Origin: a virus
Reading direction: 5' to 3' (one strand)
DNA: 64,000 nucleotides
IMG/VR virus record: IMGVR_UViG_3300025626_000006
Location: 47,910 to 111,909 of that record
How positions within the stretch are numbered: the stretch's first letter is position 1; each line of letters begins with the position of its first letter. Of the stretch, positions 29,282 through 38,290 are shown in pieces. Both the position numbers and the translations under genes were made by a program. The notes below the pieces were generated by a model. That model was not told the origin of the DNA. It ran no database searches and saw nothing but the letters and a program-made list of their open reading frames with translations.

Positions 29282-29674
29282 CTATATTTTTTTATCAGTT
29301 AATCCTAAGTATTTAATAAATATATGTCCCGATTGGTAATTAGTTGCTAATGGTACTTGATGTACGTCACACAGCCTCATCAACATACTAACGTCAACTT
29401 CGTGTGGGTGTTTCCCAAGTGGGTCTCTAAAAAATATAACTGCCCCTATTTCACCACGAGTTACCATAGCGGCTATTTCTGCATCTCCCCCATATGGACC
29501 AGAGTTGACCATCTCGATTCCTTTAACACCAGCGTGTTCAATTGTCTTACCCGTTGTACCAGTCGTTACTATACTAATATCCTCTCTATTAAAGAAAGGT
29601 AGTCGTTTCATCACGAAGGCTACCATATCTGCCTTTTTACCATCGTGTGCTATTAACGCTATTTTCATATTCAA
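29282..29674 (-). CDS. mgsA: Methylglyoxal synthase
   Basis: IALIAHDGKK, TGTTG, SGPYGGD, FFRDPL..HPHEVDV..L.RLCDV...PLATN. Confidence 0.95.
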   Translation of the reverse strand: MNMKIALIAHDGKKADMVAFVMKRLPFFNREDISIVTTGTTGKTIEHAGVKGIEMVNSGPYGGDAEIAAMVTRGEIGAVIFFRDPLGKHPHEVDVSMLMRLCDVHQVPLATNYQSGHIFIKYLGLTDKKI

Positions 29675-29744
29675 TCGTGTGTTTTTTAAAATATTTTCGT
29701 GTGAAAAGGAAGCTGACGCTTCCTTGCTTTATTCGCTTATCACC

Positions 29745-29969
29745 TTAATGCTTTCTCAATGTCTCTATAAATGCCTTGATGAAGTGATACCAAAATATAG
29801 ATACCGATATCGGCCATGTAAGTAATGATATAGCTCTTTGCTCCATACTCCAAGGATATCCTCTGTGCTTCACACCCTTTCGTACCGTCCAATCCATTAT
29901 CATTTCGACAACGAACAGATTGACAGCCCCAACAAGTAGGTAGAGTGATATTTGTTTAATTATTTCCAT
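29745..29969 (-). CDS. Small membrane protein
   Basis: Two hydrophobic segments. Confidence 0.45.
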   Translation of the reverse strand: MEIIKQISLYLLVGAVNLFVVEMIMDWTVRKGVKHRGYPWSMEQRAISLLTWPISVSIFWYHFIKAFIETLRKH

Positions 29970-30277
29970 AGTTCATACTCTTCTTTTGTTAATATGTCGA
30001 CTCGTTCATTGTCCCAATGCTGAGAGGGTATCTCTTCTATATAGGTATTGATGTAATACTCTGAAAGTATATCGGATAGTTCTTTGTCTCCTAACCTCTG
30101 TAACTTACGTTCATTAATATATATCTGAGGATAGTCTAAATAGTATACCTCTAAGTTATCTAATGATACTGAAAACTTCTTTGAAGTTCTATTTGCATCT
30201 TCCCTGTTGAAGTGTATGACTCCGTATAATACTGAGGAATCTTTGATATCACCAAAATCTACCATAGTTGATACCAT
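29960..30277 (-). CDS. Hypothetical protein
   Basis: 105-aa ORF. Confidence 0.45.
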   Translation of the reverse strand: MVSTMVDFGDIKDSSVLYGVIHFNREDANRTSKKFSVSLDNLEVYYLDYPQIYINERKLQRLGDKELSDILSEYYINTYIEEIPSQHWDNERVDILTKEEYELWK

Positions 30278-30397
30278 TTTTTTTTGATGGGTGTTTCCAT
30301 CTCATCGATAATCCACTTCAATCTTTCACTTGCCATCATAGGACAATCCGAATCACACAATTCTTTTATAGACTTTAAGTCTTTTAATATAACTTCT

Positions 30398-30580
30398 TTA
30401 TTCATCACCTTCTAATGCTTGAGTAATTTGTGTATATGCTATTTGAAAGGAATCTAGTTTACTTATTGTATTATCATCTTCTCTTAACTTACTAGCTAAT
30501 TGCATCACTTCAAGTCTAATACCATATGCACTAGCTTCAAACAATATCTCTTCTATATGTTCTGCGTTACTCATACTCAT
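30398..30580 (-). CDS. Hypothetical protein
   Basis: 60-aa ORF. Confidence 0.45.
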   Translation of the reverse strand: MSMSNAEHIEEILFEASAYGIRLEVMQLASKLREDDNTISKLDSFQIAYTQITQALEGDE

Positions 30581-30765
30581 GATGTAAATAGATTATAGAT
30601 TATTAAAGATACAATAAAGATAGCTCCAGCAATGATAGTTACCTGCATCGCAGCTTCTGTGCTTTCAACCTGCTTCTTACTTCTACCTTGTCTATACTTT
30701 ATATCATCTTCCGTAGATGACTTCTTTCTTAAGTATTCTTTTCCGTTGTTTGCAAAATGATTCAT
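30577..30765 (-). CDS. Small membrane protein
   Basis: YRQGRS followed by a C-terminal TM helix. Confidence 0.45.
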   Translation of the reverse strand: MNHFANNGKEYLRKKSSTEDDIKYRQGRSKKQVESTEAAMQVTIIAGAIFIVSLIIYNLFTS

Positions 30766-30855
30766 ATTATTCGTAGTGTTTATCCAACAAGAGTTTAGCG
30801 ACCTCTTCGCTAATCATGTTTTCGTTATATAGTTTCCAAATTAATTTACTCATGT

Positions 30856-31704
30856 CTAATTACTTAATGGTGCTTTAATAGTAGGATGTGATTGATAATC
30901 TTTTAGCTCAAAATCAAACTCTCCATTTAATATATCTACATTACTTAATGTAAGTGTAGGTAGGTCTTCATACCCCACTCTATTCATTTGTTCTTTAGCT
31001 TGGTCTAAGTGATTATTATATAGATGAACGTCACCAAGATTTCCGATAAGGTTACCTGGCGTATATCCAGTCTCTTCACACAATAGTAATAATAGTAATC
31101 CATAAGATGCGATGTTGAATGGTAGTCCTAAGAACGTATCAACACTTCTTTGATTCCACATAAGCGATAGTACTCCATCTGAAACATTACATTGGAATCC
31201 GTAGTGACATGGTGGTAACGTCATCTGGTCTAATTCAGAAACATTCCAAGCTGATACCATATGTCTTCGTGAATCAGGGTTATTCTTTAACCCATCGATG
31301 AGGTTCTTCATCTGGTCGATACCTGGATGAATAGTCTTGGTCTCATTTAGTATGTGGTTTGTTTGACGATGAGAGCCCCAACGTCTCCATTGTTTTCCGT
31401 AGATAGGGCCTAACTCACCATCTTCTCTCCCACTCTTCTCGTAATCACCATCCCATATGTGACAATTATTATCGTGAAGATATTTTATATTAGTATCCCC
31501 CTTTAAGAACCACTTCAATTCAGTAGCGATAGTCTTTAGAGGCATTTTCTTAGTTGTAAGTAAAGGAAATCCATCACACATACAATGTCTGATTTGTGCA
31601 CCGAAGATTGATTTGGTGCCTGTACCAGTTCGGTCTGATTTGTCTGCTCCGAGTTGAACAATCAAATCTAATAGGTTTAAATAACGACTGTCTAGTCTAT
31701 TCAT
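30856..31704 (-). CDS. thyA: Thymidylate synthase
   Basis: DRTGTGT, FPLLTTK, ELKWF, LGPIYG.QWR, SRR, LPPCH, QRSVD..LGLPFN, DVHLY. Confidence 0.97.
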   Translation of the reverse strand: MNRLDSRYLNLLDLIVQLGADKSDRTGTGTKSIFGAQIRHCMCDGFPLLTTKKMPLKTIATELKWFLKGDTNIKYLHDNNCHIWDGDYEKSGREDGELGPIYGKQWRRWGSHRQTNHILNETKTIHPGIDQMKNLIDGLKNNPDSRRHMVSAWNVSELDQMTLPPCHYGFQCNVSDGVLSLMWNQRSVDTFLGLPFNIASYGLLLLLLCEETGYTPGNLIGNLGDVHLYNNHLDQAKEQMNRVGYEDLPTLTLSNVDILNGEFDFELKDYQSHPTIKAPLSN

Positions 31705-31891
31705 TGTAACTAAGTTTGATATTGTTTAATACAATATACGAAATTTAATTCATATATCCTAATTAATTTTATCTTTTTCTTCTATTGGCATTTCATTCTC
31801 GTCATATGTTGGGGCGTTGAGTAGTTCACAACCTATCCACATCCATACTGCGATAAAGACAAATGACCCAATAATAAATAATGTGTTCATC

Positions 31892-32296
31892 TTAACTCTT
31901 TTTTAGGGTTTGTTTTCGGAATATAGACAATGGAATTGATATTGATAAACTTCCCATAGATGTAGCGAGTACATCTCTCCCATCAAACATATTGTTCTTT
32001 TGGGTTGAGTCTAATGTTTCTTTTGCTATTCCAGCAGCGAGTCCCATTCCAATGGAAATAAAAAGGGCCTTCCTTTTGTTTCCGTATTTTCTTAAAGCCC
32101 ATTCATAGGTAATGCCGGTAACAACAGCCCCAGCAGCGAAGTGATATTGTTTATCCTTTTCTTGGAGTATGAATTGATTATTGTTATAGAACTGACCAGA
32201 ACAATAGCTGGAAATAGATAACAACAATATAAGGTAAAATAGTTTCACTAAGACTCTCCATAATGGTTTGTATATATAATTAGTCTTGATATACAA
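31892..32296 (-). CDS. YfiM/DUF2279-like membrane protein
   Basis: DKQYHFAAG...KETLD...DGRDVLA with TM helices. Confidence 0.6.
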   Translation of the reverse strand: MYIKTNYIYKPLWRVLVKLFYLILLLSISSYCSGQFYNNNQFILQEKDKQYHFAAGAVVTGITYEWALRKYGNKRKALFISIGMGLAAGIAKETLDSTQKNNMFDGRDVLATSMGSLSISIPLSIFRKQTLKKS

Positions 32297-32753
32297 GTTT
32301 AGCTTTTAATTGTTCAATTAATTTCTTCTCGTTAACTCCCCAATGACCATGTATACTCTTCGACCCAGTCGATTTAGATTTAAGGTAGGGGATAACATCT
32401 GTTGTAGGTACTTGGTATATTTTCTTAAGTGTAACACCATCTCTGATAGCGAAGTACATATCTTCAGTCTCAGCGTACCCTTTTATTTTATTCTCAGATA
32501 ACCAATGAAATTGAAACGAACCCTTGCCTGATTTAGACCTTTCGTTTATAGCCTTGTATTCAACAGGCCTTTTCTTATTGGTATCATATGCGTCACCACC
32601 TTGTGTGTTGTTACCATACTCATGACCTAACTTGTCAGCGATGAACAACTCTATGAACCTCTCGTTATAGAATATGTTCTCAAGACCCAATTCGTTCTTA
32701 GCGATTTGTTGAGCCTCTTCCAAAAGTTTTTGTATTTTACTAACTGATGTCAT
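32280..32753 (-). CDS. PvuII-like PD-(D/E)xK restriction endonuclease
   Basis: Colinear with PvuII as recalled: GLENIF, GGDAYD...VEYKAIN, F.FH, YFAIRDG...IY. Start placed at MTSVSK. Confidence 0.65.
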   Translation of the reverse strand: MTSVSKIQKLLEEAQQIAKNELGLENIFYNERFIELFIADKLGHEYGNNTQGGDAYDTNKKRPVEYKAINERSKSGKGSFQFHWLSENKIKGYAETEDMYFAIRDGVTLKKIYQVPTTDVIPYLKSKSTGSKSIHGHWGVNEKKLIEQLKAKLVYQD

Positions 32754-32922
32754 TGGAGTGAGTTCTAAATCCCATAATAGGTTTGTGACCATTTACTTTG
32801 TGTACTCTCGATTGGATTAAATCCTTTGAGAAATTCAATGCCTCTAAATCTTCTGAGGTCTTTACCCATTCAACGAATAGGTGTGTAAGTAATTTGCTCT
32901 TCAGCTTTTTAACTATATTCAT
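32740..32922 (-). CDS. Hypothetical protein
   Basis: 60-aa ORF. Confidence 0.4.
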   Translation of the reverse strand: MNIVKKLKSKLLTHLFVEWVKTSEDLEALNFSKDLIQSRVHKVNGHKPIMGFRTHSNDIS

Positions 32923-32938
32923 TTTTTATTTATTTAAA

Positions 32939-33124
32939 TTAGTACATACAAGTTACAGTGTCGTAGTCTTCAACTGATAGGGAATCCCACCAATCTTTTG
33001 CTACCTCTTCTTCTTCGATTGAGATACTAAACTCTTTATCATAACTTCCATCCGAGTTCTGAGGATAGATACACATACTTGAAGTGTCAAATACACTTCC
33101 TACCGATTCTAATACTATTAACAT
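32939..33124 (-). CDS. Hypothetical protein
   Basis: 61-aa ORF. Confidence 0.45.
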   Translation of the reverse strand: MLIVLESVGSVFDTSSMCIYPQNSDGSYDKEFSISIEEEEVAKDWWDSLSVEDYDTVTCMY

Positions 33125-33135
33125 AATTTTTAATT

Positions 33136-33576
33136 TTAATTAAACAATACCCATTCTTTTTCTTTAGCCGTAGCTTCTACTTCATATGGGTGGGTCATGT
33201 AATCATATCCCATATCGTAGTATCTTTTAAACCATGAAGGTGATTGAAGATGGTGTTGGTACTCATGAACCAACGTCTCAATAATAGTTTGTCTTGAATT
33301 CATTTTTGGATGATACAAAACAATAGTGTTGTCTTGTCTATCGAACTCAGCGTCTGGGTCACAATCACCCATCTTTAATTCTTCAGGAAAGTCTTCTGAC
33401 ATTTCTTGGTCATCTTCACCAGTTAGTCTGACATATATGTTCCAATGTAATTCAACCCAAGGTGAACACTCATGGAATTTTGATACTCCATAATGTTTTA
33501 CTATCTTAGGGTAAACCTCATCGACAATCTTTTGAACTTTTTCTTTACTTAATAATCCTCTTATCATATCACTCAT
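33136..33576 (-). CDS. Zincin-like metallopeptidase
   Basis: TLVHEYQH..Q...Y..HPYEVEA. Confidence 0.75.
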   Translation of the reverse strand: MSDMIRGLLSKEKVQKIVDEVYPKIVKHYGVSKFHECSPWVELHWNIYVRLTGEDDQEMSEDFPEELKMGDCDPDAEFDRQDNTIVLYHPKMNSRQTIIETLVHEYQHHLQSPSWFKRYYDMGYDYMTHPYEVEATAKEKEWVLFN

Positions 33577-33584
33577 AATTACAG

Positions 33585-33664
33585 TACTAATATAAGGATA
33601 AAAAACGTAACTACCAAATTTCTAATGTTAAATAATTGTTAAATTTATTAACAAGTTATTAACA
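33585..33664 (-). promoter_or_regulatory. Repeated promoter with TTAACA boxes and two upstream 9-mers
   Basis: TTTG-N20-TATATTAG with TTAACA-N5-TTAACA, plus two TTATTAACA on the plus strand. Confidence 0.75.
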
Positions 33665-33665
33665 A

Positions 33666-34514
33666 TCAATTTCCTCGTTTTCTACTTACCGACCCATTTG
33701 AACGGCTGGGTGGTGATGAGGTTCTTGTTGGAGTCGTGTTTATACTTCGTGTATTAGTGTTTGGACGACTGTTGTTATTATTCCTAATATTGTTATTAAT
33801 CTCAGGTCTACTATAACCTCTTGGTTTAGAGTTGTTTATGACACGAGGTTTATTTCTAATAATAATAGTGTTTGTATTATTGTTTGTATTAGTATTGTTT
33901 CTGATAATTCGTGGACGTGAGTTATTTGTATTAACAACAACTCTATCTTTTATTACATTAGTTCTTCTACCAACTACAACATTGTTTGAACCTCGTCTAC
34001 CACTATGATAAGAATAACGTCCACCATAGTAGTTGTTGTTATTCCACCATCCATTATGATAACCATTCCAAGTATTACCCCAGCCATAGTAACCATTGTT
34101 CCAACCATAGTAATTATTATATCCCCATCTATCATATCCAAATGGTGACCATCTGTGTGGAGTAAAATATGGATAACCCCATACCCAATCATTCCACATC
34201 ATATCTCTATCCCAATAAGACGAACCCCACATATTAAATCCATATGGATTATAGAAGTTGTACCTATTACCTAATATCCGATTATTCCAATCGAATGAAC
34301 GAGGTTGGGTTAACGCATATTGTGCATAGTTGTATCTAAACGTGAAATCTGTTCTGAGTAACCTATCGAACTGACCTTGTGATTTAATCACTGTGACCTC
34401 TATCTCGTTTCCGTTGGAATCGTAGATGGGGTCGTGGTTTAATGTTGATACTTGGAATGTCGCACAACTTGTCGTGAGCAATACGAATGATAATAGTAAT
34501 AGAATGTTTTTCAT
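33666..34514 (-). CDS. Lipoprotein with W/Y/G/N-rich and N/R-rich low-complexity regions
   Basis: Signal peptide with lipobox LTTS-C. Start moved to MKNILL because the late motif at 34536 lies upstream. Confidence 0.7.
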   Translation of the reverse strand: MKNILLLLSFVLLTTSCATFQVSTLNHDPIYDSNGNEIEVTVIKSQGQFDRLLRTDFTFRYNYAQYALTQPRSFDWNNRILGNRYNFYNPYGFNMWGSSYWDRDMMWNDWVWGYPYFTPHRWSPFGYDRWGYNNYYGWNNGYYGWGNTWNGYHNGWWNNNNYYGGRYSYHSGRRGSNNVVVGRRTNVIKDRVVVNTNNSRPRIIRNNTNTNNNTNTIIIRNKPRVINNSKPRGYSRPEINNNIRNNNNSRPNTNTRSINTTPTRTSSPPSRSNGSVSRKRGN

Positions 34515-34690
34515 AATATATCTTTCTGTGTTGTATATAAATAGTAAAAAAAGTGACATGAAAATTAATTAGCTAAATACCAGAGTATATAACAACACTA
34601 ATAACAATACCACTATATGTAAAGATAAAGAAGATATCTATACACATACATAGGTATATACATAGATAACCTCAAAATCTATACCGAACC

Positions 34691-34873
34691 CTAACTCAGT
34701 TTAACCTTAATCCCTTTAAGTGTATTCTCATACCCTTTAGGATACCTTCCAAATCTCCAAGTACAATAAGATAGGGCTTCCTTAACCTCAAGGGCTGTTA
34801 TCTTACCACTCCTTTTGATAAACTCAATAGACTTTTTCTTTGGTACATAATTTAAACTGATTCCTTTTAACAT
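34691..34873 (-). CDS. Hypothetical protein
   Basis: 60-aa ORF downstream of the promoter at 34933. Confidence 0.45.
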   Translation of the reverse strand: MLKGISLNYVPKKKSIEFIKRSGKITALEVKEALSYCTWRFGRYPKGYENTLKGIKVKLS

Positions 34874-34932
34874 ATATTAGATTTTAATTGTGCCTCTCAG
34901 TTATAGGGAGAGAGACTTAACCCTTATTACCT

Positions 34933-34966
34933 TACTAATGTACGACAATTACTTCAGACTGCCAAA
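34933..34966 (-). promoter_or_regulatory. Sigma-A-type promoter
   Basis: TTTG-N20-TACATTAG; leader hairpin GTCTCTC/GAGAGGC. Confidence 0.7.
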
Positions 34967-35212
34967 CATTATACGACTTATTTTAAAAAGTTATTAACAA
35001 TTACCCAATTAGCTAATAGAAAAGTAGCTGTATATGGGTAATCCCATCTCAGAGGGGACTTTCTCCCCAGTCAAAAAAACCGGGGTCGATATGAAAACGT
35101 ACCACAGCCCCCCGTAACTAATTGATTGCTAGAGGTTTACATTTAAATGCCCCCACCCCCCCTTTGGGAATCGGAGAACCTCATCACCTCGCTAGCGCTC
35201 GGTTGGGTTATT

Positions 35213-35422
35213 CTAACCCAGCATATTGGGGTTGGTATCCCACTCACGCCCGATGAAGTAATCCAACTTGCGATGAGCTGAATCTACCCCTCGAAGGTTA
35301 TTTGCCTCTACGGCTTCATTTAACTTGGTTGTCCAATACTGAATCTTATTCCAGTATCCGTTAGTATACTTAGCCTTGTCGCTGTATACTCCTGTATTCT
35401 TACTATTGAACTCATCTCTCAT
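35213..35422 (-). CDS. Hypothetical protein
   Basis: 69-aa ORF in the gene-poor region. Confidence 0.5.
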   Translation of the reverse strand: MRDEFNSKNTGVYSDKAKYTNGYWNKIQYWTTKLNEAVEANNLRGVDSAHRKLDYFIGREWDTNPNMLG

Positions 35423-35628
35423 ATACTATGTATTTAGCTATTATTTATTTATATCACTTTTTATTTCACCCAATCGTATCGAGCCGTTACACCCCCATTG
35501 AGCTTGGATACTCGTTTCATATCATAGGGTAACGTACTCCCTCAACTACTTTGAGCCTGTTTTTGGATTTTGAAAGGGAACTCCTTAGTTAATTCCTCGC
35601 AGTATTCCCCCCAAAACCTCATCAACAG

Positions 35629-35686
35629 TACTAAGATAAGGATAAATTTCCACATATCCAAGCTTTTTATGTTAAATTTATGTTAA
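35629..35686 (-). promoter_or_regulatory. Repeated promoter with TTAACA boxes
   Basis: CTTG-N20-TATCTTAG preceded by TTAACA-N5-TTAACA. Confidence 0.65.
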
Positions 35687-35687
35687 A

Positions 35688-35930
35688 TTATCAACAATTA
35701 GCTGTTAATATCTCTGCTTGGGGACTTTTTTAGGACAGGACCCCCCTACAATATACAAAAAATATTTGAATTGCACAAGTTTTTAGCCATAAACTTATCA
35801 ACACCCCATTGTTAATAACTTTTTAGGCGTTACATATGTAAACAATTACGTCAATTTGTCAGGGTTTTAGGCTAAAATAGTTACATTTGTAACACAAAAT
35901 AGTTATCAACAAAGGGCTGTTAATAACTTT
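35688..35930. repeat. Three inverted pairs of DnaA-box-like 9-mers (candidate origin)
   Basis: TTATCAACA-N6-TGTTAATA(A) at about 35688, 35795 and 35903. Confidence 0.55.
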
Positions 35931-36401
35931 CCCAGTAAAAATTTTGCTTTCCGCAAAGACATGGACAAGACCCGCTACTTATTATTGGTAAATTATTATC
36001 CCTGAAGAATACTACGAAGTGTTTGTGTTAATTGTGGGAAAAGTGAATGATTTTAGCAATATCTCCCCTAGCCCACTCCCTATATGGGTTCTTTAAATAC
36101 GATAAACTCTCTTTTAATAAGGAATAAAGAGGGGCTTGTTTGCCAGAAAGTGGGAAATAGTGGTAAAAAGAGGGAAAAAAGAAGGGTTTAAGGCACGGAT
36201 TCCCTCAACTTGTTGTAGGGATTCCTTTATTTGTCCATATAGTGGAAGAGTCTATTCATGACTATGTAGAATAGGACAAGGATAAGGATAGACTTGATAT
36301 AAATCATACTCCTATAAGTATATAAAATTTGGTGGTAATTGAGGGTTTTCAGCTATCCGTAGGTGGAATGAGCTAGAATAATTTGTGTAACCTATGTAGG
36401 G

Positions 36402-36659
36402 TTACCCTACTATAATGGTTCTACCCATGTTATAGGTTTCTATCATATACTGAAAGTCGTGTTCATCTAAGAAGTCCCATACTAACTCTTTCATTATCTC
36501 TGAATCTCCTGTTAGTATTTGTGTGTTTAGATAACCTTTCTTTCCGTTAAGAAGTTTCTTCTCTAATAAGGGTATAACCTTATGATGTCTTATACCATGT
36601 AAATCTATTGTGTTTCTATTTAAGTTTCTTTTACTCATAATTAATCCTTTGGATTCCAC
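36402..36659 (-). CDS. Stand-alone Smr-domain protein
   Basis: IDLHG...ILTG.S..MK..V...L...N.G...V. Confidence 0.7.
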   Translation of the reverse strand: MESKGLIMSKRNLNRNTIDLHGIRHHKVIPLLEKKLLNGKKGYLNTQILTGDSEIMKELVWDFLDEHDFQYMIETYNMGRTIIVG

Positions 36660-36865
36660 TCATCATTAAAGTATTTATCCCCACTTTTTGGAGTATGATA
36701 CTTCTTTACCTTTGAGTCGAACTGATAAGCTTGAAATGAAATCGTTTCCAATTGGGTACGATAACTCATATACATAGGATGTGTTTGAAGAATTTTCTTC
36801 AACCCCTCATCGGTGTGTATTGTAATATTATCTTCGTTATCTATTGTGATTGATTTTAATATCAT
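36641..36865 (-). CDS. Hypothetical protein
   Basis: 74-aa ORF. Confidence 0.4.
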   Translation of the reverse strand: MILKSITIDNEDNITIHTDEGLKKILQTHPMYMSYRTQLETISFQAYQFDSKVKKYHTPKSGDKYFNDEWNPKD

Positions 36866-37080
36866 TTTCGTGACCTTGCTTTAGTTTCATTAACCTTCCA
36901 TTTCTTACAATACCTCTCTACGAAGTTTCCTATACCCATATCCTTTATATCGCTACCAATGGGAATAATCTTAGAACGAGCCGAATTAACTTTGTCTATA
37001 TGATAAGGTATTAGTGTTACCCTCACCTTTGAACATCTCGGTGGTATATAAGCAACTGTGGTCTGATTTGTATTTTCCAT
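36862..37080 (-). CDS. Hypothetical protein
   Basis: 72-aa ORF. Confidence 0.4.
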   Translation of the reverse strand: MENTNQTTVAYIPPRCSKVRVTLIPYHIDKVNSARSKIIPIGSDIKDMGIGNFVERYCKKWKVNETKARSRK

Positions 37081-37185
37081 ATAACTGATTTTTAACCATC
37101 CATAACTGTATTAGAAATAATTTGGGATACTTTCCAAATTTTTCTTGACACACGTTATCGAACGTTTCTCGTGGGTCGATGTATC

Positions 37186-37398
37186 TTATGAGTCTTGATT
37201 AGATGTTAAGTCTTGAGTAATATCTTCTTCGGTAAGGTCAAATTTAATGTTTTTGAATTCATGTTTATATACGAATGGTCGTTGTGCGTTTTGTACGAAC
37301 CACATTCCTGCATCTGATAGAGATTCTACGATTGAACTTGATGATGGGGTATTGACTTCTTTTTTGTTTTTGTTTCCAACTTGTTTAAACTGCGTCAC
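37186..37398 (-). CDS. Hypothetical protein
   Basis: 70-aa ORF. Confidence 0.4.
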   Translation of the reverse strand: MTQFKQVGNKNKKEVNTPSSSSIVESLSDAGMWFVQNAQRPFVYKHEFKNIKFDLTEEDITQDLTSNQDS

Positions 37399-37811
37399 TG
37401 TGTTTCCTTTTCTTTCTTTCTTAAAAATAATGAATAACTTCTTCTTACTATATATACTATTTCTGTGCTTATAGGAGTTAATTTATATGATTTAATTTCA
37501 CTCATATCTATAAATTTTACCTTCTGATGTACATTTAACTTAGGTTTACCACTTTTGAATCGTAAAAGGAACGGATATGTATCTATTCCATTGATTTCTC
37601 TATTTGGTATTTCATAGTAAGCCTCAACGTCAATATCCAACTCTTCTTTCCATTCTCTGATAATAGCATCGTAGGAAGTTTCTCCTTCATCTATCTTACC
37701 ACCTGGCAATTCCCAATAACCCCCATATGAGCTATTTTCGTCTAAACGTTGTCCAATAAGGAATTTCTCTTCATCAAATAGAAGTCCAGCTACTACCTTC
37801 ATCGATATCAT
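37395..37811 (-). CDS. NUDIX hydrolase (MutT/NudG-like)
   Basis: WELPGGKIDEGETSYDAIIREWKEELDI Nudix box. Confidence 0.9.
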   Translation of the reverse strand: MISMKVVAGLLFDEEKFLIGQRLDENSSYGGYWELPGGKIDEGETSYDAIIREWKEELDIDVEAYYEIPNREINGIDTYPFLLRFKSGKPKLNVHQKVKFIDMSEIKSYKLTPISTEIVYIVRRSYSLFLRKKEKETQ

Positions 37812-38010
37812 CCTGTTCTATACCTAATGCATAATAGTCCATTGGTACATTGTATTTAGTACATAACTTTACCATAGCTTCTGTAGCGTGAATCATAGCA
37901 TCTGTTCTTGTACACCACATAAGTTTAGCCATTATATTTTCTGGAAAGAAATCTGAGGTTGAACTCGGACTCCAATCACTTTTACCTAATTTAATTCCCA
38001 TACGTTCCAT
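37774..38010 (-). CDS. Hypothetical protein
   Basis: 78-aa ORF. Confidence 0.4.
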   Translation of the reverse strand: MERMGIKLGKSDWSPSSTSDFFPENIMAKLMWCTRTDAMIHATEAMVKLCTKYNVPMDYYALGIEQDDIDEGSSWTSI

Positions 38011-38290
38011 TTATTAAATGTAGTGTCCATGCAATCATTCCGTTGATTTGTAACAGTACTAAGTTCCATTGTTTACGAGATGCTGTTTGTATTAATACAC
38101 ATATAAATCCTGATATGAATAGCCATGGATTTAATGTCCATTGTCCTGCTACTAAGAATCCTGCTCCCATATATCCAATCCTACTAGCTAATCTTTCTAT
38201 TGGTCTGAGTTTTCTTTCTCGAACCATTGATTGTAATACTTTCTTTCTCCAAGATTTTCCTAACATCTTACTCTTCTCTAAAATCTCCAA
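37991..38290 (-). CDS. Small membrane protein
   Basis: Three hydrophobic segments. Confidence 0.5.
   Translation of the reverse strand: MEILEKSKMLGKSWRKKVLQSMVRERKLRPIERLASRIGYMGAGFLVAGQWTLNPWLFISGFICVLIQTASRKQWNLVLLQINGMIAWTLHLINGTYGN

Noticed and set aside
30856-31704. Intron or intein in thyA (also checked groEL)
   Set aside because: Both are uninterrupted and of normal length.
35461-35628. Hammerhead ribozyme
   Set aside because: TGATGA and GAAAC are present, but the CUGAUGA core and three helices could not be built.
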